A stretch of DNA of 64,000 nucleotides. Source: Candidatus Hydrogenedens sp. GTDB lineage: Bacteria; Hydrogenedentota; Hydrogenedentia; Hydrogenedentales; Hydrogenedentaceae. The stretch spans positions 96,001-160,000 of the forward strand of contig JBMFRC010000007.1 of assembly GCA_049968235.1 (NCBI GenBank), given 5' to 3'. A program made the translations under genes and the position numbers. Below are positions 39,763-50,090 of the stretch, piece after piece; position 1 is the first letter of the stretch, and every line of letters starts with the position of its first letter. The notes under the pieces are model-generated. The model made no database searches. It saw only the letters and a list, made by a program, of their open reading frames with translations, and was not told the DNA's origin.

Positions 39763-40902
39763 TTATTGTGGTAGTTTTTTGCTGTGTTCACAAGATACGC
39801 GATACAGTTCCCATGCAATCGCCCCATTTACCACTCCACTTGATGCTAATGCTGGCACATCATAGCCCGGTATGGGAACACACGCATCTCCAAATGGCCA
39901 CATAGGGTCAATCCATACCGTATCTTTGTCTGTCGGGAAGTCCCGGTCCATATATGGTGCTACATACACTGATTTCGCACCTGCGTTTTTTGCTCGTTCA
40001 AGCATATTCCGTGGGGGATGTTGATAACCAATGTGAATTACCACATCCCCTCTGGAATAGACATCCTTCGGTTCAGGGATATAACTAAATCCAGCATTCC
40101 ATACCTCAGACCGGAACAAACTGCCAATAGATGTCTTACTAACCTCGTCCGGGAAGATATGTCCCATACTATACATTGTAAGAGTTCGACCCGATTTCTT
40201 TGCCTCCGCTACCCATAAACCTACCGTGTCGAAATCTGCTCGATGTTGCTGTTCACAACGCCGTAACATTGCAGAAACACGCATAGCATAATCCTTCGCC
40301 AGAACCCCCGGCAGAATTGGTGAAACTGCATGTGTATCGTGCCAGAATATATGATTGCCTTGATATTTCTGTTGTCGCAGTATACCCCCATAAAGTCCAA
40401 TGCTCTCAAAAAGCACAGGCATTTTCCCCAATCGTGTGCACGCAGATACTAATTCTCCTGTGAACATCCATGCATAAATTGCCATCGTCAGTGTTGGAGA
40501 AAGACCATAGTCATGCATCAACAGTGTAGTTACTCCCGGGATTGTCTGCGTAATACCAAAAACCACCCAGCATGCCCCCGGTGTTGTTGCTTCTTCGGGC
40601 AGTGGATGTTCTGTATCTACAAAAAATAGCACGGCGTCACTATCCGTATTAATCTTCTCCGGAAGTGTAGTAGTAAGCATCAACCCACCGGCTCGTCCTG
40701 TCACCTCACTTACCAATGCGGGATTTCCACCTGCATAGAGTTTGCCCCCTGCAGTTATTCTCTTTGCCACTATTTCCCCCGCCTGCACCATAGCAGGAAT
40801 GTCTTCCTGTGCATGGACTAAGGCATCTGCTGTCCGAAGTAAATATGAATCAGGCATTATACCCATCGTCATAATCGCCGTTATGAATACAAGCATATTC
40901 AC
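39763..40902 (-). CDS. hypothetical secreted protein (GC-richer than its neighbours)
   Basis: N-terminal hydrophobic signal; no recognised family. The composition is atypical for this window. Confidence 0.45.
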   Translation of the reverse strand: MNMLVFITAIMTMGIMPDSYLLRTADALVHAQEDIPAMVQAGEIVAKRITAGGKLYAGGNPALVSEVTGRAGGLMLTTTLPEKINTDSDAVLFFVDTEHPLPEEATTPGACWVVFGITQTIPGVTTLLMHDYGLSPTLTMAIYAWMFTGELVSACTRLGKMPVLFESIGLYGGILRQQKYQGNHIFWHDTHAVSPILPGVLAKDYAMRVSAMLRRCEQQHRADFDTVGLWVAEAKKSGRTLTMYSMGHIFPDEVSKTSIGSLFRSEVWNAGFSYIPEPKDVYSRGDVVIHIGYQHPPRNMLERAKNAGAKSVYVAPYMDRDFPTDKDTVWIDPMWPFGDACVPIPGYDVPALASSGVVNGAIAWELYRVSCEHSKKLPQ

Positions 40903-41248
40903 ACCTCCATGTCCCGTTCTTACTACCTGTATATTTTTAACAACCTATATTTAGTCATTGCACCAAATTCAGTATATTATAAAAATTTCATACTCCACAA
41001 TATCCATCAATATTCACATAAATTTATTTATAAAATCGGATACTAAAAGACTTTTTCATACCTACTCAATCTTTATATATATTAAGTTAATAAATGTGAA
41101 TGAGATGCGAAAGAATGTTTAGTAACCTTAAAAATGTTTGTAAATATTTAGATAACCAATTCACGCAAATTAATCGTTATATATTTAAGAAAATCAAATA
41201 CTTGATTTTAATAAAGGTATTATCATATAATCACCTTCTAAAATATGA

Positions 41249-41325
41249 CGCGGGGTGGAGCAGTCTGGCAGCTCGTTGGGCTCATAACCCAAAGGTCGCT
41301 GGTTCGAATCCAGCCCCCGCTACCA
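41249..41325 (+). tRNA. initiator tRNA-fMet (anticodon CAU)
   Basis: 'CGCGGGGUGGAGCAG...GGGCUCAUAACCC...GGUUCGAAUCC..CCCCGCUACCA' is near-identical to bacterial initiator tRNA. It has a C1:U72 mismatch, three G-C pairs in the anticodon stem, and an encoded CCA. Confidence 0.9.
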
Positions 41326-41338
41326 AATTTGAAACAAA

Positions 41339-41378
41339 AACGGTATACAATAATGTGTACCGTTTTTCTTTTTTTTTA
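41339..41378 (+). terminator. rho-independent terminator after tRNA-fMet
   Basis: 10-bp stem AACGGTATAC / GTGTACCGTT followed by T5CT9. Confidence 0.6.
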
Positions 41379-41485
41379 TTTATTTCTGCTATATTTTATC
41401 TTCAATAACATTGAAAACAAATAAAAAATAAATGATAATATTAATGAAGATAACTATTTCTCCATCGGATTAAAAGAAATTTCTA

Positions 41486-43189
41486 ATGATTTACTTTTTT
41501 ATTTCATATTCAATATTATTCCTTAGTTTTACAATCTCATCTCCGCCAACTTTTCAGGATTTGATGGCTCCTGATTTATTCCCAGAACCACAGTGTGGAA
41601 TGCTTGTAGAAAAAGCAGAAATTGTTGATGGGAATTTATCCGTCTTGACAACAGGTACGGAATTTTCACTTAATAAAACAGGTAATGGCACTTTTAAACA
41701 ACGAATTGGACATTACCGTCCTGTTCTCATAATGAATATTGAACCATGCATTGCAGAAGTCTCTCCACAGATAATTACAAATTCCCCCGGACGCGTTATT
41801 ATTTCTCATAATAATTTCAATCTTCGCATCAATGGTGATTCTCTATTCATGTTTCAAGCATTAAAACTTTTAACAATAACAGTATCCCGAAAATTTGATG
41901 CTGGTTTTCATGCATCATATAAAGCAAATCATGTGTTATTTGATGAATATGGAGGATTCGGCTTGTTTTATTCGGAACAGGAAGTGGAAGATGAATTCAA
42001 TCCTTATGAAGAGATAACCGCAAAATATACCATTCCTCCTAATGCTGTTTTATGGATAGGTATCTGTCCACCAAAACCATATAATTGGGAGCGTTCTATT
42101 AAAGATAATGTCGTCTGGCACTGGTCAAATCAATTAGGTTACCCTTCCAATACTGATTTAATATCTTGGGCAAAAGAAGGAAATATCATCCTGCTTCAAT
42201 CAGAAGTAATGTTATGGAAAGACTGGAACCTTGCTTTCATCCCAAGATTGGGTGAATCAGAATTCTCACGCGTTCGTGAAACCTGCCATCAACACGGATT
42301 AAAATTTATTGTCTATACAAGCCCCTTCTATTTCTTAAAAGGCACACCTTTTGAATCCCAATCCATGAATTCATTCGAAAATTTTAAAGGTTGGCCCCCC
42401 GGTGATGCCACAGGCAGAAACATAGACTTATTTTTATCAGAGATTACTCGAGTTATGCAGGAATACAAACCTGATGGTTTTTATTTTGATGGGCAATACA
42501 CAGATAACCCTGCACCATTATATATGCTTGCCAGAAAAAGTCGCGAACTATTAGGAGAAAATGCCATTTTAGAATGGCACTCAACATGGGCTCTTGGCAA
42601 CGGACAATGTTTCTTCCCTCAAGCCGATGCTTATGTTGATTTTATACTGCGAGGGGAAGGGCAAAATATGCTATATAAAGATTTCAATTATCTTCGCTAT
42701 TTTGTTTCATGTTATAACACCAGCAACAGTATTGGTGTTTTATGCACAAATGGACCTGATAAACCTGATGCAGATACTATTGACCGTCTACTTCAAGCAA
42801 ATTGCCGTCTTCATACTATTGTAGGCTGGCTACAAAATAAAGATATGATGAATTTATTGAAAACACATTATCGCTATAAACTTACCCCTGACCTGCGTAA
42901 AGAAATCGAACAACTGGCGGATAAAAGACAGAAAGAAATTCCAAACATCGCTAAAAAAAGAGCCGAAGAAATGAACATTCTACTTCATGAGCCTTCATGG
43001 AAAGAATCGATTTTTACAGAGGAATTCAACAGCATACCCAATTGTAAATCATCAATTTCCCCACTTAATGAGAATCCATTTTTAGTTCAAAATGGAATTA
43101 TGTCCATCTCGGCTCTACCTCACACTTACGCATATTTCACCTGTCCATTAGATAAAATTATTCAGGGATTTATCGTCCGATTTAAATAG
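41486..43189 (+). CDS. secreted hypothetical protein (possible TIM-barrel glycoside-hydrolase-like), ending at an in-frame TAG
   Basis: Signal peptide. 'KPDGFYFDGQY'-type motif. Continues in frame after the TAG into 43205..43570. Confidence 0.5.
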   Translation: MIYFFISYSILFLSFTISSPPTFQDLMAPDLFPEPQCGMLVEKAEIVDGNLSVLTTGTEFSLNKTGNGTFKQRIGHYRPVLIMNIEPCIAEVSPQIITNSPGRVIISHNNFNLRINGDSLFMFQALKLLTITVSRKFDAGFHASYKANHVLFDEYGGFGLFYSEQEVEDEFNPYEEITAKYTIPPNAVLWIGICPPKPYNWERSIKDNVVWHWSNQLGYPSNTDLISWAKEGNIILLQSEVMLWKDWNLAFIPRLGESEFSRVRETCHQHGLKFIVYTSPFYFLKGTPFESQSMNSFENFKGWPPGDATGRNIDLFLSEITRVMQEYKPDGFYFDGQYTDNPAPLYMLARKSRELLGENAILEWHSTWALGNGQCFFPQADAYVDFILRGEGQNMLYKDFNYLRYFVSCYNTSNSIGVLCTNGPDKPDADTIDRLLQANCRLHTIVGWLQNKDMMNLLKTHYRYKLTPDLRKEIEQLADKRQKEIPNIAKKRAEEMNILLHEPSWKESIFTEEFNSIPNCKSSISPLNENPFLVQNGIMSISALPHTYAYFTCPLDKIIQGFIVRFK

Positions 43190-43204
43190 GGGACAGATAC
43201 GGGA

Positions 43205-43570
43205 ATGTCATGGGGTCCTGCTGTTCAAATTCGCTGGGGAAATGGAGCAAAATTAAGACTTGGCATTCGTAGCGATGGGCTAATTCAACTTGACATCGGT
43301 GGTGAACAAAAGTTATTTAAAGGTTTTATTCCTGATGAATGGGTTCAATTACGAATCCGCTGGACCGAACATACGGGACTTATCGAAATGTTAAAATCAG
43401 ACAATCAATGGCAAAAAATTACCCATTTCACTCATGCCTGTCCCATTCACAATCCTGCTGAAAGCATATCCTTCGGCAAAGTTCCCTACAACGGAGAACC
43501 TATTGACTACTCTAATAATGAAAATCTTCCCATCGGCACTAATGAATGGGATAAGATTATTGTGTACTAA
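43205..43570 (+). CDS. C-terminal continuation (beta-sandwich-like) of the preceding gene, separated only by an in-frame TAG
   Basis: Same reading frame as 41486..43189 (15 nt apart, no other stop). Protein-like composition. Confidence 0.4.
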   Translation: MSWGPAVQIRWGNGAKLRLGIRSDGLIQLDIGGEQKLFKGFIPDEWVQLRIRWTEHTGLIEMLKSDNQWQKITHFTHACPIHNPAESISFGKVPYNGEPIDYSNNENLPIGTNEWDKIIVY

Positions 43571-43628
43571 AGGTCTGACATGTCAGACTCATTTATAATA
43601 GTATTAACCCATTTAGGAGGAGATTCTC

Positions 43629-45059
43629 ATGTCCAAGAATATAAATCGCCGAGACTTCATTGGGATAACAGGCTCCACTCTAAGCTTAAGCATGGTTAGT
43701 AATACAACTTCCAGAGATACATTAAACACTCCCAGTCTATCCCAAAAACTAATTTCCAGCATTCAAGAATTGATTGAAAAGACACCTTTTGTTGATACCC
43801 ATGAACACCTTCCCCCTGAAACTGGTCGTGTTGCCAATAAAAGTAATAAAGACAAGACACCTGCTCCCGATATAGGCATGCTTTTTAGCCACTATGCAGA
43901 TTCAGACCTTCAAGTATCCGGTTTATCTAATGATGACTACAAAAAACTTATCTCATGGGATTTATCCCCCAAAGATAAATGGAAATTGATTGCCCCCTAC
44001 TATACACGCTGTCGGAACACAGGCTATTTACTATGTGTTCGGGAAAGTGTAAGAGCACTTTATGGCGAAGATGATATTCGAGAAGATAACTGCGAAAAAA
44101 TAAGTAAACAATTAAATGAACAAATACAACCTGGCTTTTACCGTCAAATATTACGCGAAGTAGCAAATATTGACTATGCCCAAATCAATTGCCTTCAGAG
44201 TGGAACTTTTCGTGAAAGTGAATCTGCTTCAGACTTGCTTTGTTTTGATATATCAACTGTTGGCATTGCCAGTTCTATTTCCAAAATCGGGAGCCTTAAT
44301 AAATTCGCAGACAAACCAATCAAAACACTAAATCAAGCCCATAAAACTATAGAGCATATATTTGAACGATTTGGACCTAAAGCAATAGCAGTAAAAGACC
44401 AATCTGCCTATGGTAGACCACTTCTATATGAAAATGTAAAAGACAAAGATATACAAACTATTTTCAAACAATTTGTTCAGAAACCATCTTTCTTAAAACC
44501 CGAAGAACTCAAAGCCATACAAGATAATCTATTTCGCAAATGCTTACGCTGTGCAACAGAATATAAACTCCCTATCAAACTACATACAGGCTATTTTGCA
44601 GGATACAATGGTATGGATTTATCCCGTGTTCGTAATAATCTTTGCGACCTTGTTCCATTAATCAAGGATTTTCCAGATACCACCTTCGTTATCATGCACA
44701 TATCTTATCCCTATCAAAATGAATTGATTGCCCTCTGCAAACATTACCGCAATGTATATGCGGATATGTGCTGGTCCTGGATAATAGACCCGGCTTCTGC
44801 AACTCGATTCCTGAAAGAATTCTTAACTACCGCACCTGCCCACAAAATATTTACATTCGGAGGTGATTACATTCCCGTAGAACTCGTTCCAGGTCATGCT
44901 CGAATTGCTCGCAAAGGTATTGCATTAGCTATAGCCCAACTTTTGCATGAAGGGTGGCTCTCTGAATCTGATGCCCCTACCTTAATTCAGAGAATCATGA
45001 ACCAAAATGCCCACGAAACCTTTGATCTCCCTCGTGTTTTAAAAGCATATAAAGTATAG
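43629..45059 (+). CDS. Tat-exported amidohydrolase-family (metal-dependent TIM-barrel hydrolase) protein
   Basis: 'NRRDFIGITGS' twin-arginine signal. 'FVDTHEHLPP' HxH metal motif. TAG stop. Confidence 0.65.
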   Translation: MSKNINRRDFIGITGSTLSLSMVSNTTSRDTLNTPSLSQKLISSIQELIEKTPFVDTHEHLPPETGRVANKSNKDKTPAPDIGMLFSHYADSDLQVSGLSNDDYKKLISWDLSPKDKWKLIAPYYTRCRNTGYLLCVRESVRALYGEDDIREDNCEKISKQLNEQIQPGFYRQILREVANIDYAQINCLQSGTFRESESASDLLCFDISTVGIASSISKIGSLNKFADKPIKTLNQAHKTIEHIFERFGPKAIAVKDQSAYGRPLLYENVKDKDIQTIFKQFVQKPSFLKPEELKAIQDNLFRKCLRCATEYKLPIKLHTGYFAGYNGMDLSRVRNNLCDLVPLIKDFPDTTFVIMHISYPYQNELIALCKHYRNVYADMCWSWIIDPASATRFLKEFLTTAPAHKIFTFGGDYIPVELVPGHARIARKGIALAIAQLLHEGWLSESDAPTLIQRIMNQNAHETFDLPRVLKAYKV

Positions 45060-45185
45060 TCAAATTATAATTTCATTAATCTCGCTACTACACTTTTCTC
45101 TTCCCTATTTTTTGATAATATATAAAAACTAATAATATTCAATTGTAATATATTTAAACCAATAAAAACTTTTTGGCACTGGAAT

Positions 45186-46860
45186 ATGAACCCATTTAGT
45201 CGTCGAGAGTTTTTAAGGTTAAGCAGTTTTTGTGCTATTGAAACTTCTTCCATCGCTTCCATCATAAAAAATTCAAAAGAAGAAAAATCTACTCTCATAT
45301 CGGATAATCTAAAAATTCCTCATGATAAGAATCTTCCTGCAAGTTATTTATTGGACTTTCATACTTCCATTCTTTAGTAGGGAAAAAATTTATTAGGTGT
45401 TTTGTCACCCCGACCACAATTATTTATCTCTTTGGGTGCTTTCAGTAAATCTAATTATGATGCAGAATTCCACTTTTGGTGGCCTGCACATAATTTAGGA
45501 CGATGGCTTGACGCCATGTTACGGCTTGAATCTGCAACGGGATTTAAAATTCCTCATAAACTTGAATCTGCTTGTATAAACAACTTACATCGTTTTTTGA
45601 TAATCCTGACCACATTTGTGTCAATTCGTACCCCAATGATTATTTTGGACTCCATTTACTTCGGGAAGATATGCCTGCCCTTCATGCATTAGTAAAGTAT
45701 CGAAATGACCGCTGGGCAAAGGATAAAGGTAAAAAAATGATAGAAAACTCAAACCGCGCCTGGCAGGATAATGGAACATGGAACCTTGATGTATGCGTTA
45801 ATGCAAAACGAAGTAATCATTTAGGTCGACACTCAGACCCCACAGACTCCTGTGGTCGAATGATTGAAGCACTTATATATTTTTATGAAGTGACCGGTGA
45901 ACTATGTGTCATTGACCTGGCGGAACGATTTGCCAAATACAACTTAGAAAATTCTACCAATCCTGATGGCACCATTAATTACGCCAGCAAACCAGACCAC
46001 ACTCATTCATATCTGAACACATTGAAAGGTCTATTCTTATATGGGAAAATAACCGGACAGAAAAAATACATAGACAGGGTTTCATCGGTTTATTATACAA
46101 CGGTGAAAGGACTTATTTCGGAATCGGGATATAATGCTCATGACCTCGGCACAGATGGGTTTGCAGAAGTAACCTCTGCGGGTGATTCCGCTCAACTGGC
46201 ACTATGGCTTGCATTGATGGGTGATGGTAAACTTCTTGATGACGTAGAACGACTTCTGCGCGTCCGACTTTTCGAATCTCAAATTATCGAAACACCTCCA
46301 TTAGTACCGGTTAAAAATGATAATGCATATATACATCGTGATTTAGAACAGCGTATCATCGGCGACTACGAAGGTTGTCATGAACATCCCCATAGTGGGA
46401 AACAAGCGGTTACCGATGTAACATCTGCTGTTCTCCACTCCGTCATCGACTTATACCAGCACACAGTTCAACAGAATGGAGATACCTTAAAAATATACTT
46501 TCATATCCCTTGCAGGACAAAATATGCAGATATAGAATCCAAACGCGGAAAAGAAGCAACATTAATAATCACTACTAAGAAACATTACGTCTTCTCATCC
46601 ACGTGCCTAATTGGACACCTAGAGAGAATATCAGATTTAAATCAGTTGGTAAATCTATTTCCGCTTCCATATCCGGTAATTTTGCATTCATCTCACAAGA
46701 ACGACCTGAAGGTCCCGTAGAGATAAATTATCAATTACCTGAGCGAATTACAAAAGATAATTTGCGAGGAATAGAGTTCACCTATAAGTGGCGCAGAGAT
46801 GACATCATGGGCATACCTCCCAACACAGACTTCTATCCATTCTATCCAACTCTGGAATAA
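45186..46860 (+). pseudogene. Tat-signal six-hairpin glycosidase-like (GH127/DUF1680-like) gene disrupted by a TAG-TAG double stop and two 1-nt frameshifts
   Basis: 'SRREFLRLSS' Tat signal (45186..45377). Then TAG TAG. The ORF continues in the same frame to 45692, shifts at the T6 run 45593-45598 into frame 2 (45572..46720), and shifts again around 46580-46700 into frame 1 (to 46860). Confidence 0.6.
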
Positions 46861-46967
46861 TCATTACTATAATATACTCTCTATGCAATAATTCCCTAAT
46901 TCAAAAATTAATTTGACTTATCAATCCTTCACTCTGATATTTTTAATATAAGTTAAAGGGTATAAAA

Positions 46968-47519
46968 ATGGAACAAAACGAAGTCAATACAGCTTTTGAA
47001 ATTCTATTGGAAGAAATTGAAGAAGTGTTCAATTTCTTAAATGAAGATGCTGAAACTGCCTTTAAATCTAAAGATTATGAAAAAGCCAAACAACTCATTG
47101 AAAACGGGGAAAAATTAAAACAATTCCGAGAAAAAATTAAAGCATTACAAACAGAGTGGCAAAACCTTTTTGGCAAAAGAGTATATTCAAGCAGTAGAAA
47201 AAGAAAATCTAAAGGTAGATTGAAAAAAGGACTTCGCACTCCTGAGTCTGAATTTAGAATTCCTATATTAGAAGCAATTGATAGTCTCGGAGGAAAAGGA
47301 AAAACAAGCCAGGTCATACAGTTAGTTTATTCAAAAATCAAACACAAATTGAATGAACATGATTTAGAACCTTTAACTTCAAATCCTAATCAAAAAAGAT
47401 GGGAAAACACCGCCCAATGGACAAGAAATACCCTCGTTAATGAAGGATTACTTTCTGCTAATTCTCCACAGGGTATCTGGGAAATAACTGAAAAAGGACG
47501 AAAATTCCTTCGTTCTTAA
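46968..47519 (+). CDS. stand-alone Mrr_N-like winged-helix domain protein with N-terminal helical/coiled segment
   Basis: 'IPILEAIDSLGGKGKTSQVIQLV...WENTAQWTRNTLVNEGLLSANSPQGIWEITEKGRKFL' matches the Mrr restriction-enzyme N-terminal domain. No nuclease domain is present. Confidence 0.6.
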   Translation: MEQNEVNTAFEILLEEIEEVFNFLNEDAETAFKSKDYEKAKQLIENGEKLKQFREKIKALQTEWQNLFGKRVYSSSRKRKSKGRLKKGLRTPESEFRIPILEAIDSLGGKGKTSQVIQLVYSKIKHKLNEHDLEPLTSNPNQKRWENTAQWTRNTLVNEGLLSANSPQGIWEITEKGRKFLRS

Positions 47520-47573
47520 AATTAATCCACTCAAAATAGATTTGTATTAAAAATCTTTGATAGGAGCTACAAG

Positions 47574-49973
47574 ATGAAACATTCTATTTCTCTCTTAAAC
47601 ATCTTTCTACTTTTTGCTGTTCTTCATCTACCGTCTTTTGCGGAGAACATCGCTTTAGGTGCAAAGTACACATTAGACCCCGTTCCCAATTACACACATT
47701 GTAAAGATAAAGACGATACCATTCAACTCACCGACGGCAAGTATGTAGAAGGATATTTCTGGACACAACAAGGCACTGTCGGCTGGTCAAATGAAGGGCT
47801 TGTCATCATCACTATTGACCTCGGTAAAGATATGCCCATTGGAGGACTATCATTTAGCACCGCAGGAGGAACTGCAGGTGTTGACTTCCCTAAATCTATT
47901 ATGATTTTTACCGCAGGTGAAGACGGAATATTCCACAAAATCGGCAACCTAATAGAACTAAACGACCAAAAACTTAAACCACCTAAAGCAGGATATGCTA
48001 CCTATATTTATAAAACTGAGAAAATAAAAACACATGGACGAAAAGTAGGGCTGGTTATCGTTTCTGACCGTTTCACTTTCTGTGATGAAATTGAAGTTTA
48101 TAAGGGAAGCGATAGTTTCTTAACCATCCCATTCCCCAAAGAAGGAACTGATGATTTGCACAAATACACACAAATGATTACCACTTATAACTGCGTAAAA
48201 CAACGGATAACAAACGACATAGAATCCCTCCGCAAAATTACCGAAAATATTTCCTCAAGAAATAAACAGCGACACTATCGCAAACAGTTAGATAAGATAA
48301 TGCAAGAAGTTAAAAGCCTACCCATGGAATACAATCCTGAATTTAAGACAATCTTCCCCATAAATTCAACCCATGAAAAAGTCTTCAATACTTTAGGAAA
48401 ACTCTGGAAGGATACAGGCATCAACCAAATTATCGTTGAATCCATAAATCCATATCAATATCTCGAATTACTTCCTGCAAATCCTATCTTCACGGACAAA
48501 GAATCTAATCAACTCCATCTTGAGATGATGCAAAACGAAGTCCGTTCCGTTGCATTCAACATTGCCTCACCCCGAAATATGGCTGTAAAAATTGTCATCT
48601 CAGGAATACCCGATGAAATGAGAAAAAAACATATCGAAGTTCGCAAAGTATTATGGACAGATACAAAAAAATTAGAACCTGTTGCTTCCGCTTTACTGCC
48701 TCTTACAGATGAGAACGGAATATATAAACTTCATATCACCGGAGGGTTAATTCAGCAAATCTGGCTAACCGTCCACTCAAAAGACCTCTCTCCCAGTACT
48801 TACACTATGACAGTCAAAGTAAACGAAACATCGTTACCTTTCTCCTTAAGAATATATCCCATTCGTTTCCCCGACCGACCCACCTTACATATGGGAGGCT
48901 GGGACTATACAAATGTCCTGAAACATTATGAAGTTACAGAAGCGAACCGAACTATTTTAGTAAATATGCTAAGGGAATACTTTGTAGATTCCCCATGGGC
49001 TACTTCTGTCGCTATGCCATTTGGTTCTTATGATGATTCTGGGACCATGACCACCCCTCCGGATACAAGCAACTTTGATGCATGGCGACAACTCTGGCAC
49101 GACGCCCGTCAATATTGTGTATTTGTATCTGTATCTAATAAATTAAAAAATTGGGACATCGCAACTCCATCATTCAATAAAGCAGTTTCTGAATGGGCAA
49201 AATTCTGGGGCGATTATATGCGAAAAGCAGGATTAGACCCATCACAGTTAGTTATTCTTCTTGTGGACGAACCCCATGAACATTCTGCGGATACCATTAT
49301 CAAAGCATGGGCGGAAGTAATTCATGCTTCCGGCGCCGGTATTACTATCTGGGAAGACCCCATTTACAAAGATATGAGCCAGGCATTACCCGAAATGATT
49401 GCCGAATGTGATGTCCTTTGCCCAAACCGACAACTTTTCTATTCCTGTGGTGAAAAATACCGCATGTTTTTCATTAACCAACGGGAACAGGGTAAAAAAC
49501 TTGAATTCTATTCATGTAGCGGACCTATGCGACTATTAGACCCCTTGACCTATTGCCGATTACAGGCATGGGATTGCTGGCGGTACGGAGCAAGAGCCAC
49601 ATACTTCTGGGCATTCGCTGATTCTGCGGGTGCCTCTTCCTGGAATGACTATCTTTGCACACGAAATACATATACCCCGCTATTTATTGATGAAACATCT
49701 GTTACTGCTGGCAAACATTTAGAAGCCATGCGAGAAGGTATCGAAGACTACGAATACCTACTCATGCTCGATAAAGCCATAAAAGAAGGGAAAGGTTCTG
49801 AAAATACACGAAAACAGGCAGAAACACTACTCCATGAACTCCCTGATAAACTTCTATCCATCATACCCGAGAATGGACGCCTCTTCTGGCGCGAATCCAG
49901 AAACCTTGAAATTATTAACCCCATATGCCAGCAAATTCTCCAAACCTTAAACCAATTAAAAAATCAACAATAA
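47574..49973 (+). CDS. large secreted protein with an N-terminal F5/8-type-C (discoidin)-like domain; probable glycan-active enzyme
   Basis: Signal peptide. The N-terminal ~150 aa has a discoidin-like pattern. No catalytic motif was confidently recognised. Confidence 0.45.
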   Translation: MKHSISLLNIFLLFAVLHLPSFAENIALGAKYTLDPVPNYTHCKDKDDTIQLTDGKYVEGYFWTQQGTVGWSNEGLVIITIDLGKDMPIGGLSFSTAGGTAGVDFPKSIMIFTAGEDGIFHKIGNLIELNDQKLKPPKAGYATYIYKTEKIKTHGRKVGLVIVSDRFTFCDEIEVYKGSDSFLTIPFPKEGTDDLHKYTQMITTYNCVKQRITNDIESLRKITENISSRNKQRHYRKQLDKIMQEVKSLPMEYNPEFKTIFPINSTHEKVFNTLGKLWKDTGINQIIVESINPYQYLELLPANPIFTDKESNQLHLEMMQNEVRSVAFNIASPRNMAVKIVISGIPDEMRKKHIEVRKVLWTDTKKLEPVASALLPLTDENGIYKLHITGGLIQQIWLTVHSKDLSPSTYTMTVKVNETSLPFSLRIYPIRFPDRPTLHMGGWDYTNVLKHYEVTEANRTILVNMLREYFVDSPWATSVAMPFGSYDDSGTMTTPPDTSNFDAWRQLWHDARQYCVFVSVSNKLKNWDIATPSFNKAVSEWAKFWGDYMRKAGLDPSQLVILLVDEPHEHSADTIIKAWAEVIHASGAGITIWEDPIYKDMSQALPEMIAECDVLCPNRQLFYSCGEKYRMFFINQREQGKKLEFYSCSGPMRLLDPLTYCRLQAWDCWRYGARATYFWAFADSAGASSWNDYLCTRNTYTPLFIDETSVTAGKHLEAMREGIEDYEYLLMLDKAIKEGKGSENTRKQAETLLHELPDKLLSIIPENGRLFWRESRNLEIINPICQQILQTLNQLKNQQ

Positions 49974-50090
49974 TTTTCCATATATTTTACCTGTTTTATC
50001 TGCCAATCCAGTCCTCTTCTCACTATAACTTAAAAAATCATAATAATTTAATGTATAATTTCTCTTTCCCTCATTTCAGGATTTTCATCA

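Noticed and set aside
41100-41408. ORF 41100..41408 (+)
   Set aside because: It spans the initiator tRNA-fMet and its terminator. Not coding.
2838-45380. Hypothesis that TAG is recoded, given three in-frame TAG interruptions
   Set aside because: TAG cleanly terminates confident genes: the OMT at 2838, MTHFS at 4683, the ferredoxin at 33321 and the amidohydrolase at 45059. Only short or meaningless extensions follow. So TAG is a normal stop.
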